A stretch of DNA of 64,000 nt from a virus (taxonomy: Duplodnaviria > Caudoviricetes). Each line of letters begins with the position of its first letter. Positions within the stretch are counted from its first letter, which is position 1. The stretch lies in IMG/VR virus record IMGVR_UViG_3300015607_000582, positions 78,929-142,928 of that record; one strand, 5' to 3'. The notes beneath the pieces were generated by a model. It was not told the origin of the DNA and made no database searches. It saw only the letters and a program-made list of their open reading frames with translations. This document shows positions 9,299-17,462 of the stretch, in pieces. The position numbers were made by a program, and so were the translations under genes.

Positions 9299-12230
9299 GG
9301 GGCTCTCCGTTCAGTCCGATGTGCGATGGCGGGAACAGCTCGGGCGGGCGCGGGTCGCCCCACACGTCGCGCTCAGGGCCGACGTAGTCGCCAACGTGGA
9401 CTGCCGGTCGGCCGATCTTGTCGCGGAACTCCGCCATCGGCCCCATCCTGCGCACGACGGTGACGGGAACGTGCGTGTGGCCGAGGCTCTCTGCCATCTC
9501 AAGGCGGTGGTGGCCCTCGCCGAGGTAGGCATGGCCGTCGGCAGCACTCCACTCCAGCATGAGCGGCTGGTTGATGCCGTGCTCGGCGATGTGGTCGCGG
9601 AGGCGCGCGAAGCTGACATCGTCGTTGATCCTGTCGCCTCCCGTCCGGTCGAACTCCGCGAACCGCCTGACTTCGGAGATCGGCATCATCTCGGCGAACT
9701 GCATCTGCCATCCCGGCTTCTCGCTGTACTGCTGCCACTTCGGGGTCTCGCCACGGTCGATGGACGACCAGTCGGGCTCCTGCGCCCATGGCGCGGCCGT
9801 CTTCGGCCGTCGGATGCGCTCCGGAAGCTGGCTCCCGTACTGCTCGCGCCAGTCGCCATGATCCCAGTCGGTGACGTAGCTCGGGTGGATGGGGCCACGG
9901 TGCGTCATGCCCGCATCGTGGGGCACACGCGGCTCGTCGTGCCAATCCTCCTCGGGAGGGTAGGGGTCGGCGTAGTTGCGCAGGCTCTCGTGGAGATCCT
10001 CGGGCAGGTGCGGCCAGAGCCGAATCGCCTCGGGGATGCGAACCCGATCCTTGCTCGATCCGGGCAGCTCCTCCGGCGGCACCTCGCCGTGCTGTGTGAC
10101 CGCGTCCCAGATGTCATGCGTGGGGTCGTACCACTCATCCCATCCGTGCGTGCCGCGCTCCAGCTCGTGAGGCTCGTAGTCGTCCTCCTCCTGCGCGACC
10201 TGCTTCCACTCGTCGCGCTCGTCCTCTGGGCGGCGCGTGTGGTGGAGGATGTCCGCGAAGTGCTCGGGGTCGCCCTGAATGCGGCTGGGGTCGAGGCCCT
10301 GCATCTTGACGATGACGGGGTCGTTGAGCTTGTTGTTGATCGCCATGGTGCCCGCCCACTGCGCCGCCGTCTCGTAGTGCGGGAACACGTAGACGTGATC
10401 GGTCAGGCGCGGCACCCACTCGACCGTGTGCGAGGGATCCTGCTGGAACCTCGCGGGCAGGATGCCGCTCTGCTGGATGACCGGCAGGTTGGAGCGATCC
10501 GTGACGTGGTACCACTCGTCGTTGAACCGACCCATGCCGACTGCAGTCCAGCCCGCGACGACGCCGAGCTGATCCTGCTTGCGCTGGTAGTCGACGAAGT
10601 TGTTGGGGAAGGTGGCGTCCATGTTGACGTAGGGGTCGACCTCGCTCGGCAGCGGGTCGGCTCGCGTGTGCTCGGCGACAGTGTGCTCGCGCCATGCCCC
10701 GTAGTCGGGGAAGTGCTCGCCGCACTCGGAGCACTCGTACGCACCGCCGTTGGGCTCGCCCTCGTCGGGGCCGTCGATGCTCCATCCGGGCGGCGGCATC
10801 TGGTCGAACTGGTCGGTGCCCGCCCACTCCTTGTTGCGCCAGTCCTTGACGCCGGGGTTGTTGGGGCCGACGCCGAAGCCTGCGGCAGTCGTCTGCGACC
10901 ACGCGACGGCGTCCGGGGACATGTGGCCCCAGTCGTGCTCGACGGCCCCGAAGACGCGACGTGCCTCTTCGAGCAGGGCGGAGGCGACGCCCGTCCGACG
11001 GTACTCGGGCTCAACCTGCACTCCGCCGATGACCCACTGCCCCTGATCGCCCTTCGCGACCGACAGGATGCCCACGGCCGTCTGCCCCGAGTAGGCGATG
11101 AAGTGGTTGAGGGTCTGCTTGATGGCGAAGGACGGCGGCAGCGGCATGGCCGTACGAACGCGACCCTCGACCTGTCGCATGCGGAAGTTGTAGAGCACCT
11201 CGTTGAACGAGCTGTCGATCAGCCACGCGAGCGGGTCTTCGACCTCGGTGACCGTGTAGTCGACCCCGTTGAGGCGGTAGACGCGGCCGACCTGCGGCAC
11301 GCCCTCGCTGTCTGGCGTCACCTGCGCGGCGGGGGCGGCCGGGTTGATCGGCTGCACGCCCTCGCCACGGCAGTTGCAGTCGCCGCGCTCGCACTTGCGG
11401 AGCTGCGCCTTGGCGTTCCGGTCGCTACGGTAGTCGCTCGGCGTCGCGGCGACGTTGACCTTGTGCCCATTCTGCACGAAGCGGAAGTGGCCGCCCGGCA
11501 GCGGTACCAGCTCCCACCCGGCCTTCGTGGCCTCGGGGAATCGCTGGAGGATCTTGCGGTTGGCTACGCGCTCTCGCGGAAGGCGGCGCTCTTGACCTGA
11601 GCCTCGCGCAGGCTCTCCGGCGTCGGCTGCCAGCCATCCGTCACGCCGCACGACGGGCAGGGGAAGGTCTCGCCCTCCCGGTGCGCCACCCGATGCCCGC
11701 AGCTCTGGCACGGACGCCTCCAATGACCGCTCGCCGTCTGCACGACGGTCGGGTCGCCCTTCTCGAACTTCTGCATGGATGGCTTCATGGTCACTCCTCA
11801 GTGTGCCCGTTTTCTCCAGATGAGGCAACCCCTGCTCGTCGATCAGCCCCTTGTAGTTCCATCCGTAGGTCTTGGCGGCCTTCTTGAGCGCCTTCTCGAC
11901 GATGTCCAGCTTCATGTTGCTCGACAGCAGCTCGAACTCGGCGTCCCAGCGGTCGAACAGGTGCAGGATCCCCTTGGCGTGGGGCCGTGAGAAGTGCGAA
12001 TGGCTCGCCATCTCCAGCATGAGCTGGTGATCTGCGGTCGGGTGGATCAACACCTGATCCTTGCCCACGACGACCCAGTTGTAGGGCGTCGGCTCGTGGC
12101 TGGGCTCGACCCGCGTGTAGTCAGGGCGAGGAGCGAGCGGCTGAACCTTGGGGCGGGCGTCGTTGGCCGCCTGCGGCTCCTCGGCGGGGTAGGCATCGCT
12201 ACCGGAGGTGTCAGAGGTTCGGTGCGTCAT
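9291..12230 (-). CDS. Polyvalent multidomain protein 1 (HicA-like, GNAT, C2H2 finger, ADP-ribosyltransferase-like, ParB-like)
   Basis: AGWELV..GGHFRF..ATPSDYRSDRN (HicA-like). VQVEPEYRRTGVASALL (GNAT motif A). CSECGEHF..WREHTVAEH. WYHVTDRSNLPVIQQSGILP (ART). HIAEHGINQPL..EGHHRL (ParB). Confidence 0.8.
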   Translation of the reverse strand: MTHRTSDTSGSDAYPAEEPQAANDARPKVQPLAPRPDYTRVEPSHEPTPYNWVVVGKDQVLIHPTADHQLMLEMASHSHFSRPHAKGILHLFDRWDAEFELLSSNMKLDIVEKALKKAAKTYGWNYKGLIDEQGLPHLEKTGTLRSDHEAIHAEVREGRPDRRADGERSLEASVPELRASGGAPGGRDLPLPVVRRDGWLAADAGEPARGSGQERRLPRERVANRKILQRFPEATKAGWELVPLPGGHFRFVQNGHKVNVAATPSDYRSDRNAKAQLRKCERGDCNCRGEGVQPINPAAPAAQVTPDSEGVPQVGRVYRLNGVDYTVTEVEDPLAWLIDSSFNEVLYNFRMRQVEGRVRTAMPLPPSFAIKQTLNHFIAYSGQTAVGILSVAKGDQGQWVIGGVQVEPEYRRTGVASALLEEARRVFGAVEHDWGHMSPDAVAWSQTTAAGFGVGPNNPGVKDWRNKEWAGTDQFDQMPPPGWSIDGPDEGEPNGGAYECSECGEHFPDYGAWREHTVAEHTRADPLPSEVDPYVNMDATFPNNFVDYQRKQDQLGVVAGWTAVGMGRFNDEWYHVTDRSNLPVIQQSGILPARFQQDPSHTVEWVPRLTDHVYVFPHYETAAQWAGTMAINNKLNDPVIVKMQGLDPSRIQGDPEHFADILHHTRRPEDERDEWKQVAQEEDDYEPHELERGTHGWDEWYDPTHDIWDAVTQHGEVPPEELPGSSKDRVRIPEAIRLWPHLPEDLHESLRNYADPYPPEEDWHDEPRVPHDAGMTHRGPIHPSYVTDWDHGDWREQYGSQLPERIRRPKTAAPWAQEPDWSSIDRGETPKWQQYSEKPGWQMQFAEMMPISEVRRFAEFDRTGGDRINDDVSFARLRDHIAEHGINQPLMLEWSAADGHAYLGEGHHRLEMAESLGHTHVPVTVVRRMGPMAEFRDKIGRPAVHVGDYVGPERDVWGDPRPPELFPPSHIGLNGEPHA
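11564..11788 (-). CDS. Small Zn-ribbon protein nested out of frame inside the 979-aa ORF
   Basis: GAGGAG RBS plus ATG. CQSC...CPSC. Third positions are G/C-rich in this frame but not in the enclosing frame. Confidence 0.7.
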   Translation of the reverse strand: MKPSMQKFEKGDPTVVQTASGHWRRPCQSCGHRVAHREGETFPCPSCGVTDGWQPTPESLREAQVKSAAFRESA

Positions 12231-12235
12231 GAGGC

Positions 12236-12248
12236 TTCGACGATTAGG
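12236..12248 (-). promoter_or_regulatory. Class B (putative late) promoter
   Basis: CCTAA-TCGT-CGAA directly before the ATG at 12230. Confidence 0.55.
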
Positions 12249-12264
12249 TGTGAGCCCACGACAG

Positions 12265-12343
12265 GCACTGCGCGGTCCCCTGCGCCCGAGGCGGCCACGC
12301 TGGCCGAAGAGGTCGCGCCCCGGACACAGGGAACCCGCAGTAC
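12265..12343 (-). ncRNA. Long G-U-containing hairpin, candidate structured RNA
   Basis: GTACTGCG-GGTTCCCTG-TGT-CCGGGGCG / CGCCTCGG-GCG-CAGGGGACC-G-CGCAGTGC. Non-Watson-Crick positions are G-U on the minus strand. Lies between two class B motifs. Confidence 0.5.
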
Positions 12344-12380
12344 GAGACCTCGATCACCTCCGCCATCGGACGACAACCTC

Positions 12381-12393
12381 TTCATGGATTAGG
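12381..12393 (-). promoter_or_regulatory. Class B (putative late) promoter
   Basis: CCTAA-TCCA-TGAA, intergenic. Confidence 0.6.
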
Positions 12394-12401
12394 CAGAGCA
12401 G

Positions 12402-12569
12402 TCAGTCGCTCGCGGGGGCGTCGTCGACCGTCTGGCCCACGCCTCGCCTCGCGCGCTTGGGATGCACATCGCACCGAAGGCACACGTATGCAGGCAGCTT
12501 CTGCCGCGAGGTACTCTCGGCAGCGAGTTGCCGGACGGAGCCGCACAGACGACAGGTGGCCTCATCCAC
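12402..12569 (-). CDS. Small Zn-finger protein
   Basis: GTG start overlapping the upstream stop region. CRLC...CLRC. Confidence 0.5.
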   Translation of the reverse strand: MDEATCRLCGSVRQLAAESTSRQKLPAYVCLRCDVHPKRARRGVGQTVDDAPASD

Positions 12570-12795
12570 GCTTGGATGAACCGAAGCGACCCGGCGAGCC
12601 ACCCGCGCCCTGAACAGTGCCAAGGCCGAACCCGGATCGGTAGTCGCGCTTGTGCGGCGTGTCCAGCCCCACACCAGCATCATCAACGCCAGCGCAGCTA
12701 CAGGGAAGCATGAGCGATTCGGAAACCTCATCGAGCCTCAGCTCCCTCTCCGTGACGAACCCACAGCTCTCGCATCGGTAGTCGTAGACCGGCAT
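12562..12795 (-). CDS. FmdB-like zinc-ribbon protein
   Basis: MPVYDYRCESCG N-terminal signature. Confidence 0.8.
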   Translation of the reverse strand: MPVYDYRCESCGFVTERELRLDEVSESLMLPCSCAGVDDAGVGLDTPHKRDYRSGFGLGTVQGAGGSPGRFGSSKRG

Positions 12796-13082
12796 CACCA
12801 CGCCCTCCCCTCGTTGCCATGCTTGGCGAGCCACTGGCGGATGAGCTTGTACGCGCCCTCGGCTCGCTCCAAGGCGCGTTCGATGTCGTGTTCGTCGGGC
12901 GACCCGCGCAGGCAGTTGATCGTGCGGACGAGCGCCCGCTGCGTGGCGAACAGGTCGTCGACCTCCGGCACGGCGCGCTTCATCGGCTGGCGCTGGTAGG
13001 GGTGCTCGAACGACCGTGGCAGCGGCTGGGCGATCTGGAAGTGATCCCCGCCCAGCGGGTTGGCTGGATCGTAGGGGCTCAC
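12795..13082 (-). CDS. Hypothetical protein
   Basis: Coupled ORF with phage-like codon usage. Confidence 0.65.
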   Translation of the reverse strand: MSPYDPANPLGGDHFQIAQPLPRSFEHPYQRQPMKRAVPEVDDLFATQRALVRTINCLRGSPDEHDIERALERAEGAYKLIRQWLAKHGNEGRAW

Positions 13083-13471
13083 TCGTCCTCCTCGTCCTCG
13101 GGCTCGTCGTCATCGGTGAACTCCAGCGCGGGAGCGCGGTGGTCGCCGGTCAGTGCGCCGAGGGGCGTGGCGTGCAGCTCGGGCTCGTCAGCCACCTCGG
13201 TGTCGTCGGCGGCCGCCAGCTCCTCCTGCGCCTGCGCCCTGCCGCGCTCCGCCCAGTAGTCCTTGACGTGGCCCTCGAAGCGGTCGCGCACTGCCTCCAG
13301 CTCCTTGGTGAGCGGGCTGTAGCGCACATCCACGAGGTTGTTGTGGCACTTGGCGATGTCCTCCGCCTGCTGCTTGCCCAGCGCGAGGCCGATGACCTCG
13401 ACGAGGTTCATCAGGTCGGGGACGCGAACCTCGACGAAGTCCATCTTGTAGCTGTCGGCGTCAGACGCCAT
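13079..13471 (-). CDS. Hypothetical protein with acidic C-terminus
   Basis: GGAGG RBS, coupled ORF. Confidence 0.7.
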   Translation of the reverse strand: MASDADSYKMDFVEVRVPDLMNLVEVIGLALGKQQAEDIAKCHNNLVDVRYSPLTKELEAVRDRFEGHVKDYWAERGRAQAQEELAAADDTEVADEPELHATPLGALTGDHRAPALEFTDDDEPEDEEDE

Positions 13472-13787
13472 TGAGTGCCTCCTCGATCAGGGTCTCGATA
13501 CGGTCGAAGTCTGGGGCGTGCAGGCTCACGGCCTGAATCGCGCGCTCCCAGAACACCTGCCTCATGCCCCCAGAGGAGCGCATGATGATGAACGGCGACG
13601 ACTTCTGGTTGGCCTCGGCCATGAAGTCCTCCAAGCAGTGCTCCATGAAGCCTGCGACGCCGATCTCCTTGATGTAGAGCGCGGGTGCCTCGATCTCCAT
13701 GAGCGCCAGCACCGGATCCTCCCGGTTCTCCAGATAGAACTCCATGTGGAGGTCGAAGGCGATCTCTGGGCCCTCGTCGCCGATCAC
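13461..13787 (-). CDS. Hypothetical protein
   Basis: Coupled ORF, GC3-rich. Confidence 0.7.
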   Translation of the reverse strand: MIGDEGPEIAFDLHMEFYLENREDPVLALMEIEAPALYIKEIGVAGFMEHCLEDFMAEANQKSSPFIIMRSSGGMRQVFWERAIQAVSLHAPDFDRIETLIEEALNGV

Positions 13788-14071
13788 TGGTCAGCCACTG
13801 CCTTCCCATGCGCGTCGACCAGCCAGATGAGCGACTTGCACACGCCGCACTGCCACAGGTTCACCGGGAGATCGGGCTCGCCGGGGCGGTCGTCGATGAA
13901 CTGCTGGACGGCGTTGAGCGGATGCGGGCACTCGGTGGCCGGGCGATCCTTGGCGGCCAGCACCTCGGTCTTGCGCATGAGCTGCGCGTCCGGGTTGATC
14001 TGCTTGATCGGCGCGACGCCGTCGCGGATCATCTCCTCGAACGTCGACATCTTCTTGGGCTGGTCAGCCAA
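13784..14071 (-). CDS. Hypothetical protein with CxH/CxxC Zn motif
   Basis: GGAGG plus TTG at 14071. ECPH...WQCGVC. Confidence 0.65.
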   Translation of the reverse strand: MADQPKKMSTFEEMIRDGVAPIKQINPDAQLMRKTEVLAAKDRPATECPHPLNAVQQFIDDRPGEPDLPVNLWQCGVCKSLIWLVDAHGKAVADQ

Positions 14072-14642
14072 GGCCGTCCTCCAACACATCGCGAATGGAC
14101 TGCAGGTCTTCGATCCACGCCTGCCCTTCACTGCTTAGGAGGCCGCCACGGCGGGCCAGATAGGCGGGATCGTGGACTGGCATGACGGACATGTACATGC
14201 CGAAGCGATCTACCTTCATGACGAGGCCGTGTACCAGCGCGAGGCTGGGCAGCTTCTGGCCAACGATGAAGGCGGCAGGGCTTGCGCCGACGGCCACAAT
14301 CAGGTCGGGCTTCGCACTCTGGATGGTCTGAACCAGATGGCCCGAGCAGTAGTCCAGCTCGTGCGCCGTGGGCTTCCGGTTCACACCTCCGGGGCCGACG
14401 GGGCGGCGCGGGATCAAGTTGGTGTAGAGCACCTGCTCGGCCAACCCGAGCCCCTGCATGATCTCGCGCACGACCTCACTCGTCTTGCCCGTGAAGGGCT
14501 CACCCGTGCGCTCCTCGGTCTCGCTTGGCGCAGTCCCGACCACCATGACCGAGCAGGGCGACGCCCCGCTCGCCGGGACGAACTGCTGCGCAATCAGCGG
14601 GCAGTTGACGCACCGCAGCGGATGAGGGTCAGACGACGCCAT
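14064..14642 (-). CDS. Uracil-DNA glycosylase superfamily protein (family 4-like, atypical motifs)
   Basis: CVNC, VMVVGTAPSETEERTGEPFTG, LYTNL..RRP..NRKPT..E..C, IVAVG, HDPAYL. Confidence 0.85.
   Translation of the reverse strand: MASSDPHPLRCVNCPLIAQQFVPASGASPCSVMVVGTAPSETEERTGEPFTGKTSEVVREIMQGLGLAEQVLYTNLIPRRPVGPGGVNRKPTAHELDYCSGHLVQTIQSAKPDLIVAVGASPAAFIVGQKLPSLALVHGLVMKVDRFGMYMSVMPVHDPAYLARRGGLLSSEGQAWIEDLQSIRDVLEDGLG
14127..14139 (-). promoter_or_regulatory. Class B (putative late) promoter inside UDG 3' end
   Basis: CCTAA-GCAG-TGAA, uses a rare CTA codon. Confidence 0.55.
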
Positions 14643-14645
14643 CAG

Positions 14646-15266
14646 CTACGCCAACCCCGCTCGCTCCAGATCGACGCCCTCCAGTCCCGCTTCGATGGAC
14701 TTGCGCACGTAGCTCTTGAAGGCGTCCTCGTAGATGGGCCCAGTGATCTTGGGGTGGAAGAACGAGGGCAGCGGGTGACCGGCGACCGGCGTCATCGCCA
14801 GCTCGTGGTGGTACTGCACGACGTCGATGACCCGCTCATCGGGCGCGACGCCCTTGAACTGCAGCGACGTCGGCTCCGCGTGTCGCAGATACACGCCCTC
14901 GTTGACGAGGCAGATGTGGTCGACCGCATCGACGGCCGCCTGCCCCTCCGGCGGAATCGGCCACGGCAGGCCGTATGCGACACACATGCGCTCGTAGAGC
15001 TGGTGCTCCAGCTCCTTCTGCTCGTCGGACTTCCACGGTGTCGGCACGTCGTTGGTGACGGCCTCCGGCGCATCGTGGAAGAGCGCGTAGATCGACCACT
15101 TCGGCTCGCAGAGCACAGCCGCCGTCAGCGCATGCGCCAGCACGGGGTAGTGCTCCTCAGTGTGGCCAGCGAAGCGAACGAGGCGGCCGAGGCTCGCCCC
15201 GATCTCGCGCAGGGTGAGGACGCCATCGTCGTGCTGCCAGCAGTGCGAGCCGTCGAGCGCAATCAC
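14646..15266 (-). CDS. HD-domain 5'-deoxynucleotidase (YfbR-like)
   Basis: RFAGH..Y.V..H, ALFHDAPEA..NDVPTPWK. Confidence 0.85.
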   Translation of the reverse strand: MIALDGSHCWQHDDGVLTLREIGASLGRLVRFAGHTEEHYPVLAHALTAAVLCEPKWSIYALFHDAPEAVTNDVPTPWKSDEQKELEHQLYERMCVAYGLPWPIPPEGQAAVDAVDHICLVNEGVYLRHAEPTSLQFKGVAPDERVIDVVQYHHELAMTPVAGHPLPSFFHPKITGPIYEDAFKSYVRKSIEAGLEGVDLERAGLA

Positions 15267-15269
15267 GAG

Positions 15270-15860
15270 CTACCTCCCGAGGAGCGTGCGGATCTGCGTG
15301 TCGAGGAACGAGAACCCGTCGTCACGCACCGTGTTGTCGATGGTCGCGGTGATGAAGTGATCGGGGAGCGGCACCTCGGAGGGGTGGTCGCCCGTGTCCT
15401 CGTCGGGGCCAACGACACGCCAGACCTGACCGCCCCGCTCGATGATCGTCTTCGCCTCGTTCTCGAAGCGCACGTCCGTGCAGACGAAGGTTCGGTCGAG
15501 GCCGCTCCCGAGGTCGCCGCTCAGGGCCATGTCGACCCAGAAGTCGTCACCGAACACGTCGCGGCCACCCTCGGTGCCCTTGAACTGCAGGTACTGACGC
15601 CCGGTGATCGTGAAGTGCTGGACGCCGTCGACCGAGACGGCAATCGTGCCGTGCTCCTTGAGGATGTTGGCGAGGTCGATCAGCTCCTGATCGGTGCGCC
15701 TGTTGCCGAAGGCGTCGCTGCGCATGCCGAGGCTCGCCATGGCGCTGATCTTGAGCTTGTCGGCGAAGCCGAAGCGGACGGGCTCGATGCCCAGCGCCGC
15801 CATGCGCTCGCAGACCGTGTCCTTGCCGCTCCCGAGGCGGCCGTGGATCCCGATCAGCAT
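15270..15860 (-). CDS. Deoxynucleoside monophosphate kinase (T4 gp1-like)
   Basis: IGIHGRLGSGKDT, FADKLK, RQYLQFKGTEGGR..FWV, TDVRFENE, HPSE. Confidence 0.9.
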   Translation of the reverse strand: MLIGIHGRLGSGKDTVCERMAALGIEPVRFGFADKLKISAMASLGMRSDAFGNRRTDQELIDLANILKEHGTIAVSVDGVQHFTITGRQYLQFKGTEGGRDVFGDDFWVDMALSGDLGSGLDRTFVCTDVRFENEAKTIIERGGQVWRVVGPDEDTGDHPSEVPLPDHFITATIDNTVRDDGFSFLDTQIRTLLGR

Positions 15861-16111
15861 CAGCAGTTCTCCGAGTTCTCGGTGTAGAACTCCGTGACCT
15901 TCTCGTCGACGCGCTCCTTGAGCACCTCGTAGCGGTCGGCGACGAACGCCTCGACCAGCTCCTCGGACAGGCCCTCGACGTTCCACCGCTCGGTCTGCGA
16001 GACGTGCAGGTCAGCACTCTCGTACTTCGCGATGCTGGCCTTCACTCCAGCGGAGTAGCTGACGACAGCCTCGATCTGCTTGGGCTGCGGCAGTTCCTTC
16101 TTCGGCGGCAT
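15860..16111 (-). CDS. Hypothetical protein
   Basis: First ORF after class A promoter, coupled to the kinase. Confidence 0.75.
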   Translation of the reverse strand: MPPKKELPQPKQIEAVVSYSAGVKASIAKYESADLHVSQTERWNVEGLSEELVEAFVADRYEVLKERVDEKVTEFYTENSENC

Positions 16112-16140
16112 GCTTCCCCCATGGGTTGGACTTGCGCCCC

Positions 16141-16166
16141 ATCATAGAGACGGCGTCGGACGAACC
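16141..16166 (-). promoter_or_regulatory. Class A (putative middle) promoter
   Basis: GGTTCGTCCGAC-N8-TATGAT ahead of the nucleotide-metabolism genes. Confidence 0.75.
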
Positions 16167-17429
16167 TCAGCCGCGATAGCGCCACGAGCGCCAAGTGACG
16201 TCGCCGCGCTGGGGATCGAACAGCACCAGCTCCGGGTGCCAGCGCCCATCCGGATGGAGCACGATGACCCCGAAGGACTGACCCACGTCGTGCGCGTGGT
16301 TGTAGCCGAGGTCGCGGCGAGCCATCGTGCCGACGCTCCACGCGATCCGCTGCACGTACCCGTTGGCGGTGCGCTTGGGGACGACGTTGATCGCGGTCTT
16401 GTGGTCGTGGCCCTGAAAGACGTCGACGCCCTCCCAGTTCTGCAGCTCCCGCACCGCGCCGCCACCCTTGCCCGTGTACACGCCGTGCAGGCCAAGCAGC
16501 TCGTCGGTCAGGTGCAGGATGTTGTCGTGGTACTCGCCGCCACTGTCGACGAGGTTGATGCGCAGCGAGTCGAGGTTGAGGACGCTGCGGAGACCGAGCA
16601 GTGGGTGATCCTCGCCGGGCCGCGTCAGCTCCGCCAGCTCGGGGAACTTCTCAAGGATGCGGTACCAGAGCCAGTGGTCGTGGTTGCCGACGATGAGGTC
16701 GAAGTCTGCGTCAGGTGCTGCGTTGCGCCAGCGGGCGAGGAGCGCGTAGGTACCCATCTGGGACTCCTCGACGCTGATGTCGAGGTCGACCCGCTTGTTC
16801 TTGCGATGGCGGCTGAACGGCGAGGCGTCCCATGCGTCACCCAAGCAGATGACACGCTCGGGCTGGAACTCCTCCAGCCACGCGACTGACGCCTCCTCCA
16901 TGATCTCCTCGTTGAGGGGCGCGTGGGGGTCGGGGAAGATGGGGATGAGCTTCGGCTCGTTCGACTTGCCACGCGACGGGCGAGCGGGCGGCGGCACCCA
17001 GCCGGGCTTGAGGTCGAGCTGGAGGCTGGAGAAGTCGGGCTTGCGCTCCAGCCAGAGCTTGAGCTGGTAGCTGGGGTTCTCCGGGTTGCCCCACCAGCTC
17101 GCGACCGCCTTCTTCTCGACGTAGTTGTCGGGGTCGAGCCCGTGCAGCTCTTTCAGCTCATCCGGCGTGATCTGCTTGCGGTCGGACAGCTTGACCCATG
17201 GCCCGGTGATCTCGACGTCCCGCCCGCTGACCGTGATTCCGGGGCGGCTGGTGTCGGGGTTGACGGGCCCCTCGACGTTGCGCTTCTTCGCGCGCCTGAC
17301 GGAGTCCTTGGTGGTCTGGACGCCGAGGAGCTTGAGCTGCTCGACGATCTGCACGTTGGTCAGTCCAGACGAGGCCCACGCCGCGATCTGCCCCAGATAT
17401 GGATCGAGCGGCGAAGTCCCACTACTCAT
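16167..17429 (-). CDS. Calcineurin-like metallophosphoesterase with N-terminal HTH
   Basis: PDPH, LGDAWD, GNHD, HG and GHDH motifs. Confidence 0.85.
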   Translation of the reverse strand: MSSGTSPLDPYLGQIAAWASSGLTNVQIVEQLKLLGVQTTKDSVRRAKKRNVEGPVNPDTSRPGITVSGRDVEITGPWVKLSDRKQITPDELKELHGLDPDNYVEKKAVASWWGNPENPSYQLKLWLERKPDFSSLQLDLKPGWVPPPARPSRGKSNEPKLIPIFPDPHAPLNEEIMEEASVAWLEEFQPERVICLGDAWDASPFSRHRKNKRVDLDISVEESQMGTYALLARWRNAAPDADFDLIVGNHDHWLWYRILEKFPELAELTRPGEDHPLLGLRSVLNLDSLRINLVDSGGEYHDNILHLTDELLGLHGVYTGKGGGAVRELQNWEGVDVFQGHDHKTAINVVPKRTANGYVQRIAWSVGTMARRDLGYNHAHDVGQSFGVIVLHPDGRWHPELVLFDPQRGDVTWRSWRYRG

Positions 17430-17462
17430 GCGTCCCCCATTGTCAGTGCCAACCCGATGTGG

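Noticed and set aside
12571-12582. GGTTCATCCAAG resembling the class A box (also GGTTCGTCCGGC at about 17760-17771)
   Set aside because: No TAnnnT 8 nt downstream, and both lie in coding sequence
14064-16111. Modified-base (for example dZ) pathway
   Set aside because: The HD nucleotidase and kinase are generic. No PurZ, Que or hydroxymethylase genes in the window
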